Source: a virus. Taken from it: 64,000 nucleotides of DNA. The position numbers were made by a program, and so were the translations under genes. Below, piece by piece: positions 1 through 7,801 of the stretch. The notes under the pieces were generated by a model. The model was not told where the DNA came from, searched no databases, and saw only the letters and a list, made by a program, of their open reading frames with translations. Within the stretch, counting starts at the first letter, position 1; the number at the start of each line of letters is the position of its first letter. The stretch lies in the IMG/VR virus record IMGVR_UViG_3300023116_000009, positions 1-64,000 of that record. One strand, given 5' to 3'.

Positions 1-5
1 CTTGT

Positions 6-512
6 TTAAAAAATCATTGGATATACAACTCTCAGAAGGTTTCCTTGGTAAATATCAATCTCAGAAAACCTTACTTTGCGTCTTCCGTCAGTATCAACAA
101 ACGCTTCTCTGGTAACATCATCCAAAACAGAAAATACATAAGATCCATTTTGGTTAGTTCCTAAAAATGACTCACCTTTCTTCAAAGTGAACGCACCAAT
201 ATTAGGATTTACCTCAACATCCATAGAAATAGTCGCTTTTGCCGATTTTGCAGATCTTGGAGTGTATCCAACAAGATTTGCAAGCGAAACTACGTTTTCT
301 CTAATAGACGCACTATCGAAAAATACTTCGTTAGCAATTAAATTAGCATTAAGTGCTGAATAGTAAGTATTGTACGATAATACATCAATAAGTTGAGACA
401 GTACCGAACCTTCAAAGTTATAATCACTAAAAAGTTCAGAAGCACGCAGGTACTCCTTTAAACTTATTTTGATGTCCTCAAAATCTAAATTAGTGACTGT
501 GTTAAACGCCAT
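6..512 (-). CDS. gp6: Baseplate wedge protein gp6, N-terminal part (reading frame stops after 168 aa)
   Basis: T4 gp6-like N-terminus LDFEDIK..LKEYL..DYNFEGS.LS.LIDVLSYNTYY..NE.FFDSA..RENVVSLA..GY.PRS; lies downstream of gp25. It is much shorter than typical gp6. Confidence 0.85.
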   Translation of the reverse strand: MAFNTVTNLDFEDIKISLKEYLRASELFSDYNFEGSVLSQLIDVLSYNTYYSALNANLIANEVFFDSASIRENVVSLANLVGYTPRSAKSAKATISMDVEVNPNIGAFTLKKGESFLGTNQNGSYVFSVLDDVTREAFVDTDGRRKVRFSEIDIYQGNLLRVVYPMIF

Positions 513-904
513 TATACTCGCTCTAAGATAAGGTTAAGTGACTGTTGATCCAAAGGTAGACCAGTAATGCGATAGAAAATTGTTACTTCTACAGAATTAT
601 CATCAATATTGTCAATATACTCAATATTATCAACTGTAACGCGAGGTTCATAAACCTTTAACGCATCTTCAATTGAAACTGTAATCTCATCTGCCATAAT
701 TGGGTCCAAAAACTCAAATAATGCAGATCTTAACTTGGTTCCAAAGAAGGGACGAAAGAATTTTTCGCCTCTCATAGTCAATACAACGTTTTTGACCGCT
801 TGTTTAATGGCATTTTCATTCTTAAGCAAGGTGATGTCACCCGTAATTGGGTGACTTTCAAAACTTGGGTTAATATCAACAAACTTTTTGGATATTTGTG
901 CCAT
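512..904 (-). CDS. gp25: Baseplate wedge subunit gp25
   Basis: Motifs NENAIKQAVKNVVLT.RGEKFFRP.FGT and YEPRV; sits immediately upstream of gp6. Confidence 0.93.
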   Translation of the reverse strand: MAQISKKFVDINPSFESHPITGDITLLKNENAIKQAVKNVVLTMRGEKFFRPFFGTKLRSALFEFLDPIMADEITVSIEDALKVYEPRVTVDNIEYIDNIDDNSVEVTIFYRITGLPLDQQSLNLILERV

Positions 905-931
905 TATTGATGCCTTTTTATACTTTATATA

Positions 932-1123
932 TCAGGTCAACCACTCAGCATAGTCGTCAAAACCACCTTTTCCACCACATGGTCTAGAAAGACGATCTTT
1001 AGGTGGATTGTTTTTGGGTTTTGATGCCTTTTCTAAGTAATAATCAGACCTAGGATCAGTAATTAACACCTTTCCAGATTTAATAAAGTCATCACCTTGG
1101 TCAGGAATGGGATGATTTGCCAT
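932..1123 (-). CDS. Conserved cyanophage hypothetical protein
   Basis: 63-aa ORF (MANHPIPDQG..LITDPRSDYYL) with a GGAGG SD upstream, collinear with its neighbours. Confidence 0.7.
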   Translation of the reverse strand: MANHPIPDQGDDFIKSGKVLITDPRSDYYLEKASKPKNNPPKDRLSRPCGGKGGFDDYAEWLT

Positions 1124-1181
1124 TTTTCCTCCAAAAATCTGTTTCCAGAACTTTTTGGGAGGTTACTATCTCCGAAAGTAT

Positions 1182-1688
1182 TTATCGCCAATGGTTGTTG
1201 GGTTGCTCCCACCAAAAATGAAGGTCTTCTTTGTTATCATCATAGTAAAGAGAGACAAAATCACTTTTGAATTTACTACCAATATTTTCACAAAGTGATA
1301 CTGTGTAGTAATTCTTGTCAACAAACTTCTGCATTGACTCAGTAATCCAGGTATAATTACCTCCACGAATTACTCCTGCCTCAATAAGAACAAAATTGTC
1401 CCAGTCAAGTACCCAATCTGCGAAGTTGATTTCAAAATTTACTCTGTAATTTTGTTCTGATTCGTCAGGAAATGGCACATTGACTGCTTCAATATGAAAA
1501 ATCTCGCCATCCACTGTGAGTGAATGAGCGAGATGCTGTGAAACAATACTAGAATAATCAGGAGAGACGCACAAAAAACAGGTTTTAGACGGATGAATGT
1601 CTAAATTTGCCATTTTGATCTTGTACGTCATCTCCTGGATGAGCGCCATCTCCTTATCTTGTGATATGAAAAGGAGTGGTTTGGTCAT
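1182..1688 (-). CDS. Phosphoribosyltransferase-fold-like protein
   Basis: FVLIEAGVIRGGNY resembles a degenerate PRPP-binding loop (hhhhDD.h.TGGT); ATGA overlap with the upstream ORF. Confidence 0.5.
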   Translation of the reverse strand: MTKPLLFISQDKEMALIQEMTYKIKMANLDIHPSKTCFLCVSPDYSSIVSQHLAHSLTVDGEIFHIEAVNVPFPDESEQNYRVNFEINFADWVLDWDNFVLIEAGVIRGGNYTWITESMQKFVDKNYYTVSLCENIGSKFKSDFVSLYYDDNKEDLHFWWEQPNNHWR

Positions 1689-1819
1689 TTTTCCGCTTTA
1701 TAAGTGGGTGGGTGAAAGTTACAGTACTCATTAAAGGTGATTTTCATCTCCTTATTGCTCAAATTGCAATGTTTTGCCGCTTTTGGAAGGTTCCACTTCG
1801 CAGAAAACAGCATTTCCAT
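1685..1819 (-). CDS. Small hypothetical protein (44 aa, not in the ORF track)
   Basis: Manual translation MEMLFSAKWNLPKAAKHCNLSNKEMKITFNEYCNFHPPTYKAEK; its stop overlaps the next start (ATGA). Confidence 0.7.
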   Translation of the reverse strand: MEMLFSAKWNLPKAAKHCNLSNKEMKITFNEYCNFHPPTYKAEK

Positions 1820-1839
1820 TGCTTCTCGGGTCTCAGGTC

Positions 1840-1989
1840 TCACTTACCTTGCCCCCGATACTTCTTTTTCGCCTTGTTACGAGCAGTTGCAGCGTATTTT
1901 GTGTTTTTAGAGCACCCCTGACGGGTCAGTTTGGGTTTGCCAGGTTCAAATTTAACGCCAGAGAGACCAATTTTTGAACGAGCTGCCAT
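1840..1989 (-). CDS. Small basic hypothetical protein (49 aa, not in the ORF track)
   Basis: Manual translation MAARSKIGLSGVKFEPGKPKLTRQGCSKNTKYAATARNKAKKKYRGQGK; lies directly downstream of a consensus sigma70 promoter. Confidence 0.75.
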   Translation of the reverse strand: MAARSKIGLSGVKFEPGKPKLTRQGCSKNTKYAATARNKAKKKYRGQGK

Positions 1990-2018
1990 AATTTTGAGAT
2001 TTTTGCGTGAACAACAGT

Positions 2019-2047
2019 AGTATAGACGGGATTTTCCGCTTTGTCAA
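2019..2047 (-). promoter_or_regulatory. Sigma70-type promoter
   Basis: TTGACA-N17-TATACT on the minus strand. Confidence 0.85.
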
Positions 2048-2048
2048 G

Positions 2049-2357
2049 TCAATTGAACGCCCCTGCAAAGACATTAAATGACCCTTGAGCGATGGTATCT
2101 CCGCAACCAATCATATCTCCAATGCGCCCAGGAGGACGGAAATTGAAATATACGTTAATAGGACCCTGAGAAATGGGTCGAACTGCGTGTGGTGGTGGGC
2201 AATTTGAACAAGGACACGCATGAGGAGCAAATAAATCTCCTACACGTCCTGCCAAAACAAAATTTACACGCACATTGGGGGATCCTGCCGTAAGAGCAGT
2301 CGGTGGATAGCAAATGTGCCCTGTAGATAGAGCACCAACATAGGTACAACCTTTCAT
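2049..2357 (-). CDS. gp5.4: PAAR spike-tip protein (gp5.4-like)
   Basis: Three PAAR-like repeats (GHICYPPT..GSPNV, RVGD..PH, GRIGD..CG..AQGS.NVFAG) with His/Cys metal ligands. Confidence 0.88.
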   Translation of the reverse strand: MKGCTYVGALSTGHICYPPTALTAGSPNVRVNFVLAGRVGDLFAPHACPCSNCPPPHAVRPISQGPINVYFNFRPPGRIGDMIGCGDTIAQGSFNVFAGAFN

Positions 2358-3112
2358 GGTGAGAACTTAGGATTAATAGGATTACGTCCTGTCTGACTAT
2401 TTACCGCTTCTACAAACCTCGCTGATGAAATGTCTTTGTCATCATAGACGATTTGCCTAATGGTAAATGTACCAGCACCAATGCCACAAGGAACACTTGT
2501 AATGACTACTGTATACTCTACAATAATCATATAATTGGGATCTGGGAAATAATGCTGCATATGGTCTGCAGAACCAATTTCATTAATCAATCCTACAGTA
2601 GGAGTACCTGCAATAGCAAGACCACCAATAGGATTCAGGAACGTCCCTCTAGAGAGGGCAGAACCCTGGTTAAGGGTGCCATACTGTGCAACGTACCCAG
2701 AGGGTCCTGTAGTGACGCTAGGAGCGTGTGTAGGGGCAGTTACGTCCCTTCTATACTTGTATTCCTTATTAGGAAACAGATAGTCCGTATATCCCCCAGA
2801 AACAGTCATTGTGATGGTTCCAGGATGTGTTACTGTAGCAGTAGCAGTACCAACGCCTCCAGGTCCAGCACTTCCAGGACTTGCATTCAATCCTACTGCT
2901 GCTAATGTCACCGTAAGACCAGGATCTCCAAAGTATGCTGCAGGACTAACAACAGGTTTAAAGTTAGTTACCGTAACAGTAAAGGTCTCTGGAATAATCG
3001 GAGGTCCAGGATTACAAACAACAGCAGTCCAAACATTAGGTGTCCAGACAATTGGTTTGCCAACAATACTAGGTATTGGTTGAATTGGTGTGTAAACTGT
3101 AGGTATGGGCAT
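2354..3112 (-). CDS. Pro/Thr-rich putative virion protein
   Basis: 252-aa ORF coupled to the PAAR gene; composition rich in Thr, Val, Gly and Pro. Confidence 0.6.
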   Translation of the reverse strand: MPIPTVYTPIQPIPSIVGKPIVWTPNVWTAVVCNPGPPIIPETFTVTVTNFKPVVSPAAYFGDPGLTVTLAAVGLNASPGSAGPGGVGTATATVTHPGTITMTVSGGYTDYLFPNKEYKYRRDVTAPTHAPSVTTGPSGYVAQYGTLNQGSALSRGTFLNPIGGLAIAGTPTVGLINEIGSADHMQHYFPDPNYMIIVEYTVVITSVPCGIGAGTFTIRQIVYDDKDISSARFVEAVNSQTGRNPINPKFSP

Positions 3113-4677
3113 TATCCTTTAACTCTCCTTGCTTCTGCAGCATCCATGATCTCTACAAATCTTTCCTGACCAACACGATAGTCATTCATTAGATATAGAA
3201 TCATATCATATTCTGTACCAGCACCCCAGGAAGTGACTAATCCTTGAGGTGGAATGTATCTATACCGCATACCACTAGCAGAGTCAATGTAGAAACCCGT
3301 ACCACTAGGTCCACTATCATCAGCAACAGGATCTGTAGGAGGTATAGGAGGCACTGCATTAGGGTCTCCAGGATCTCCAGGACTACCACTTTGGGGGACA
3401 CCTCCTAATTCCACATAATACGTCGATCCACCACTAGTAACATAAGTCCCTGTAGGAATATTAGTGGCATCTAATATTACAGTAGACCAGTCCGTTACAG
3501 TTGCTACAGATGCTAATGAAGGAATAGTGCTGGTAATAGAGAATCTAAATTTTACATCCCTATGCCCTGCTCTACTAGTAGTTGATGTCGATGCATCAAA
3601 CTCAGGATTAGGAATAAGAGTTCCATCCTCTAAATCTGGAATAAATGCATTATTTCCATCAGCATCCCTAGCAGAACTTCCTGCTTCCCGATTTGTTATA
3701 TCTCCTTCATATCGTAATAAAGAAACGCCAGTAGGTACTTCAATACTTAAGTCATTAATGTTCCCGCTATTGTTATCTTTGTCAATACGATATGCATCAA
3801 TAAATTCATTGGGATCAGGTCCCCTCTCAGGTACATCAACTTCAAAGTTTAAATGATCGGCATTTGCCGTATATTCGGAATTTTTTTCGTAGTAATACTC
3901 CCAGGTCTCCTCAGGAAAGAGTTTTTTCCCAAATTGCCCCCCGATCTTAATTTTGATCGTCTGAGGTGCTGTAGCAGTCATCGTAACTGTCCCCGTACTT
4001 GACGTGGCAGTTACAGAAGTTCCATCGCTTCGCTGTAATGTAACTGTAACATCATCGTCCAAATACGGAGCAGTACTCGCAATGTTCGGAGTCATACTCT
4101 CGAATGTTACTGTAAAGGTTTCGCTTCGCAGTATACTGGCAAGTGGTACGGGAGTACATCCATTCTTATAATAATTACTTGGCATTGACGCATAGGTAAA
4201 TTTACCATATATGTCAAATTGTAAACCCTCTAAGACAATATCCATTGTCCTTGCCTGATTCAGCGAGGGTTCACTTACCTGATTGCCATTCTCATCAAAA
4301 CAACATCCTGTATAGTTATTTGTTAATTTATCTCTTAGATTATCCCCAAGATATACAATACGATCTTGAGGATCAGAATATCCCGAAACATACCAAGTTT
4401 GCCCTGACGAGTCACATGGATCAATCGTCACGGCATTTGGTACTTTCGTATATTGTCTAAACCCACCACCAGGAAATCCTTCCCAATTGTTATATGCAGT
4501 ATACCCTTGCAACCTCCCAGTCGCAGTCCCTACCACATATCCTGGAGGAGTTGCTGTAGCATCATACGTCCCCACAGGATATGCTACCTGCTCAGAACTT
4601 TCAGTAATAACATATGCTACATCAATCTGAGAAGCACCTGTACCTACACTCTCAACATAATCGCTATAGTTAGGCAT
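3112..4677 (-). CDS. Putative virion structural protein
   Basis: 521-aa acidic, Thr/Gly-rich ORF in the same operon; shares motifs with 2354-3112. Confidence 0.6.
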   Translation of the reverse strand: MPNYSDYVESVGTGASQIDVAYVITESSEQVAYPVGTYDATATPPGYVVGTATGRLQGYTAYNNWEGFPGGGFRQYTKVPNAVTIDPCDSSGQTWYVSGYSDPQDRIVYLGDNLRDKLTNNYTGCCFDENGNQVSEPSLNQARTMDIVLEGLQFDIYGKFTYASMPSNYYKNGCTPVPLASILRSETFTVTFESMTPNIASTAPYLDDDVTVTLQRSDGTSVTATSSTGTVTMTATAPQTIKIKIGGQFGKKLFPEETWEYYYEKNSEYTANADHLNFEVDVPERGPDPNEFIDAYRIDKDNNSGNINDLSIEVPTGVSLLRYEGDITNREAGSSARDADGNNAFIPDLEDGTLIPNPEFDASTSTTSRAGHRDVKFRFSITSTIPSLASVATVTDWSTVILDATNIPTGTYVTSGGSTYYVELGGVPQSGSPGDPGDPNAVPPIPPTDPVADDSGPSGTGFYIDSASGMRYRYIPPQGLVTSWGAGTEYDMILYLMNDYRVGQERFVEIMDAAEARRVKG

Positions 4678-4915
4678 CTAAATCTACGTCTTCCTTGAAA
4701 TTCAACATCCAGAAATCTTCGGCACCCTCATAATCCCTGAAATAATATCTCTCACCGTTAGGCGCATCCAAAATAAATTTGTCTACCTTACTCTCGTAAG
4801 CAATCGTTGGTTCTTCCATATGTAAATTGTCATTGTAAATGTAATGCAAATACTCTTCGTAATCTAAGTCCATGTCGTAGTTTACTTCAAACTCTTGGGG
4901 ATAGTCAGTACTCAT
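4670..4915 (-). CDS. Acidic hypothetical protein
   Basis: 81-aa ORF overlapping the downstream start. Confidence 0.6.
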   Translation of the reverse strand: MSTDYPQEFEVNYDMDLDYEEYLHYIYNDNLHMEEPTIAYESKVDKFILDAPNGERYYFRDYEGAEDFWMLNFKEDVDLDA

Positions 4916-4940
4916 TTGTTTGCCCTAACTTCATTATATA

Positions 4941-5351
4941 TTACCTTTGCCAAGATTTTTGATTTTCCTCTAACGTACACCACCTCAGATTATCTACCGA
5001 GTTATTATGCTTATTTCGATCTAAATGATCGACTGTCTCATAATTATTCGGATTCGGAATCCATGCCTCTGCTACCAAACGATGCACATACTCGCGCCGA
5101 TTGATACGCTCACCATCCTTCACACAATACAAATTTATACTCGGATACCTCGTATGAGCATACTTTGGATCTGGTATACCCCTGTTAAAAGTTCTCATCA
5201 CAATTAACCCATGGCGAATCTCTAAATTGAATTTCTTCACTAACCACTTGTCAATCTTTCTCATCGTTCGATATATCGTCCCGTCCTTTCCAGCATAATA
5301 TCCTGGCCATTTTGTTGGACGTATATCCTCAGGTAAAAAAAGGTCTGGCAT
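4941..5351 (-). CDS. Free-standing HNH endonuclease
   Basis: YVHRLVAEAWIPNPNNYETVDHLDRNKHNNSVDNLRW is the classic phage HNH (HNH_3-type) motif. Confidence 0.92.
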   Translation of the reverse strand: MPDLFLPEDIRPTKWPGYYAGKDGTIYRTMRKIDKWLVKKFNLEIRHGLIVMRTFNRGIPDPKYAHTRYPSINLYCVKDGERINRREYVHRLVAEAWIPNPNNYETVDHLDRNKHNNSVDNLRWCTLEENQKSWQR

Positions 5352-5498
5352 GATTTTTTCTTGGCAAAAATTTTTTGAAAAAAGGGGTCCCTCGATATAT
5401 AAAGGTCGCTGGGATACTTTTATAGCTTACCTGGGACCCATGCATTTTAACCGTAGCGGTTAGCTATATTTAAGGGGGGTAATCGCGGCGACTGCGTT

Positions 5499-5618
5499 AT
5501 ACATAGTGGCGCACCAGTTAGTTATACTTAGTGGGCGCAATCTGCAAAATTGGAATACTTTGCTTTTTTGATTGTTGATACTTAGTGGGGCACCAGTAGG
5601 GTATACATAGTGCCCCAC
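5499..5618. repeat. Four ATAC(A/T)TAGTG direct repeats plus a 9-bp inverted repeat
   Basis: Copies start at 5499, 5524, 5578 and 5603; GTGGGGCAC (5585-5593) and GTGCCCCAC (5610-5618) are a perfect inverted repeat. Confidence 0.8.
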
Positions 5619-5626
5619 GGTTAGCA

Positions 5627-5845
5627 TCAGATAGTGACGCTAGTGTGACGCTGCAGGCAATAGCGATTCACCCACACACCTGCACTCTGCTTTAGATCTA
5701 CCAGCAGGCGGAGCATGTCACGACGGCGGCAATTGTGGTTGCTGTAGTGACCGTTCTGCCAAAAGATCATTGCCTCACGGCGCAGGGGGTAGAGGCGGAT
5801 CTCAGCAGTGGCGCTGGACTGAGGGGTGGCGATGATCAGGGTCAT
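5627..5845 (-). CDS. Early hypothetical protein
   Basis: 72-aa ORF starting just after the repeated leader/promoter cassette. Confidence 0.75.
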   Translation of the reverse strand: MTLIIATPQSSATAEIRLYPLRREAMIFWQNGHYSNHNCRRRDMLRLLVDLKQSAGVWVNRYCLQRHTSVTI

Positions 5846-5857
5846 GGTCGGTTGTGT

Positions 5858-5909
5858 GAACTGAAGTCAGTATAGGCACGGGGTGCCCCCCTCAGGGGGG
5901 GCAGTGGAC
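5858..5909 (-). promoter_or_regulatory. Early promoter-hairpin cassette
   Basis: Coding strand GTCCAC box (5909-5904), 29-nt spacer with a GC hairpin, TATACT (5874-5869), then the GACTTCAGTTC leader. Confidence 0.8.
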
Positions 5910-5915
5910 GGTTGC

Positions 5916-6107
5916 TCAGATGGCACTCGCCCCGACGCTTGCCCAGAATGCGAGTCGCAGGGTGCTCGCCTTGGCGACCTGCTCAGCGGAGCGACCCATG
6001 GCACGGGCACCTGCCTTCAGGTCGTTGCGGGTCACGTCTGCCATGGAGGCGGCACGCTTGCCAGTGATGATGTTGCGTGCTGCCTGGAGGGTCTGTTGCT
6101 TGGTCAT
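5916..6107 (-). CDS. Early hypothetical protein (Ala/Arg-rich)
   Basis: 63-aa ORF downstream of the cassette at 6119-6170. Confidence 0.75.
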   Translation of the reverse strand: MTKQQTLQAARNIITGKRAASMADVTRNDLKAGARAMGRSAEQVAKASTLRLAFWASVGASAI

Positions 6108-6118
6108 GTCGTTTGGTT

Positions 6119-6170
6119 GAACTGAAGTCAGTATAGAGGGGGGAGGGGGCAGGTGCGCCCCCTAGTGGAC
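6119..6170 (-). promoter_or_regulatory. Early promoter-hairpin cassette
   Basis: GTCCAC (6170-6165)-N29 hairpin-TATACT (6135-6130)-GACTTCAGTTC leader. Confidence 0.8.
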
Positions 6171-6176
6171 AGTTGA

Positions 6177-6335
6177 TCAGGCGTCCGCCCAGTTCAGGGC
6201 ATCCTCGATCGCGTCATCCAGATCCTGCAGGAGGGGTTCCAGTTCCTCAGCGTAGAGGTTGTAATCCTCCTCGATCTGATCATAGAACAGATCCTCGATC
6301 TGGAGATCCATCAGGTAGGCGTCAGAGACAGGCAT
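6177..6335 (-). CDS. Very acidic 52-aa early protein (not in the ORF track)
   Basis: MPVSDAYLMDLQIEDLFYDQIEEDYNLYAEELEPLLQDLDDAIEDALNWADA; TATACT at 6367-6362 upstream. Confidence 0.8.
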   Translation of the reverse strand: MPVSDAYLMDLQIEDLFYDQIEEDYNLYAEELEPLLQDLDDAIEDALNWADA

Positions 6336-6400
6336 GGTTGGTGTCGTTGGTTGACTTGATCAGTATAGGCGGCAGGTGTCTATCCTGCAGTGCCTTGGGG

Positions 6401-6526
6401 TCAGTTAGCGGAGCGGCACACCTGCTGGGTAGCAAGGGCAGCGCCTGCCTTGACGCCTTCGATCATATAGTCACCGATCATCAGGGTAGCAGCGACAGCG
6501 ACAGCGATGGAGAGGAATCGGGTCAT
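6401..6526 (-). CDS. Small early membrane or signal-peptide protein (41 aa, not in the ORF track)
   Basis: MTRFLSIAVAVAATLMIGDYMIEGVKAGAALATQQVCRSAN; cassette at about 6542-6596. Confidence 0.7.
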   Translation of the reverse strand: MTRFLSIAVAVAATLMIGDYMIEGVKAGAALATQQVCRSAN

Positions 6527-6571
6527 GGTTCGTGGTTGGTTGAACTGAAGTCAGTATAGAGGCAGGATCGC

Positions 6572-6724
6572 TCAGTGGCGATCGCTGATGTGCCACGTTG
6601 TGGACTGGCACTCGGGGGCAGGGATGCGACCCTCGATGATCGCCTGACGGCGCTTTGCCTCAGCGTTCACCTTAGCAGTATACTCTGCCATGATGGCGGA
6701 CATGTCGAGTTTGGTCTTGGTCAT
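6572..6724 (-). CDS. Small early protein (50 aa, not in the ORF track)
   Basis: MTKTKLDMSAIMAEYTAKVNAEAKRRQAIIEGRIPAPECQSTTWHISDRH; TATACT at 6756-6751 with a matching leader. Confidence 0.75.
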   Translation of the reverse strand: MTKTKLDMSAIMAEYTAKVNAEAKRRQAIIEGRIPAPECQSTTWHISDRH

Positions 6725-6759
6725 TGGTCTGTGTCGTTTGAACTGAGATCAGTATAGGG

Positions 6760-6963
6760 TCAGAGGATCGCTTCACCAGCGACAGTCGCCCACTTGATAG
6801 GGTGTCCACCGTGGGGGATGCGCCAGATCACTTGATCCTCACCGCTGGTTGCCTCGCTGCGACCCATACGGTAGGCGTGGTTGATGTCGGTCGCCCAGAG
6901 GCATCCCCACTGATCAAACGATCCGAAGGATGCAGGTTGGACAGCGAACGTTGCTGTAGGCAT
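6760..6963 (-). CDS. Early hypothetical protein
   Basis: Likely start MPTATFAVQ at 6963, after the cassette TATAAT (6991-6986) and GTCCAC (7027-7022). Confidence 0.7.
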   Translation of the reverse strand: MPTATFAVQPASFGSFDQWGCLWATDINHAYRMGRSEATSGEDQVIWRIPHGGHPIKWATVAGEAIL

Positions 6964-7126
6964 GATCGTTGGTTGAACTGAAGTCATTATAGGCACGGGT
7001 CAACCCTATCTGAGGGTGAGAGTGGACACCGTGCCTACTGGCACACTAGTTAGTTAGTGAAACAGGGAGAGAAAGAGGATCGCTGCTTTATACCCAAGGC
7101 GAGCAAAGATCAGCACAATGATTAAC

Positions 7127-7735
7127 TCAACCAACGCCATTAATGCGACGGTGAGCAACCCAAGTGATCGCTTGAATCTGAGCAGCACTATACTTAGTGC
7201 CCTCTAGATTGTTGATAACAAATGCTGCGTGACGGTATGCCTCAGAAACTGTTTTGTACAGTTTGTCACTAATGGCAGGGACTTCGTTGAGTGAAGTATA
7301 CATACCACGCCAAATGTTGAAGGCGTGACCATCAACGGTGATCTCATCACACTGCCCATCAGTATAGATGCCCCTGAAGAATGCAATGGTTTTGTTACCC
7401 TTAAGGATGGCACAAATGTTGTCGGATGAGTCAATCTCACACTCAAGAATGGTGATTGCCTTATCCTTATTGCCACCGAATGTGCAGACCTTAGGATAGT
7501 CAAACCCCATGCAATATGCCTTGATCATCTGTTCAGCGTCAAGGATATTGCGATCCCATTTGTTATTGGGAGAGAGTGCAGATACAACGCCCACAACTGT
7601 AGACAAGGGCAGATTGTATTTGTCACTCAAACCCTGGCAGATTGAGTGGGCATTGTTGTACCAAACCGTTCCCTCTTGAATGTCTACAGGCGTTGCCTGC
7701 ATGTACATAGCGAGGATGTTGCGAATGTCGGTCAT
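7127..7735 (-). CDS. Conserved phage protein with a possible HhH-GPD (DNA glycosylase-like) fold
   Basis: Start MTDIRNIL after the cassette at 7760-7799; motifs WY..AH, GVVSALSP.N.W..N, K..AF, ITVDGH and QIQAITW. Confidence 0.55.
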   Translation of the reverse strand: MTDIRNILAMYMQATPVDIQEGTVWYNNAHSICQGLSDKYNLPLSTVVGVVSALSPNNKWDRNILDAEQMIKAYCMGFDYPKVCTFGGNKDKAITILECEIDSSDNICAILKGNKTIAFFRGIYTDGQCDEITVDGHAFNIWRGMYTSLNEVPAISDKLYKTVSEAYRHAAFVINNLEGTKYSAAQIQAITWVAHRRINGVG

Positions 7736-7801
7736 GGTGGGTTGGTTGCCGATGAGATCAGTATAGGGCATCAGGGGGGCATGGTGCCCCCCAGTGGACA
7801 C

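Noticed and set aside
1676-1977. Plus-strand ORFs 1676-1921 and 1774-1977
   Set aside because: Shadows of two short, convincing minus-strand genes (1685-1819 and 1840-1989) that have a promoter and coupled stops.
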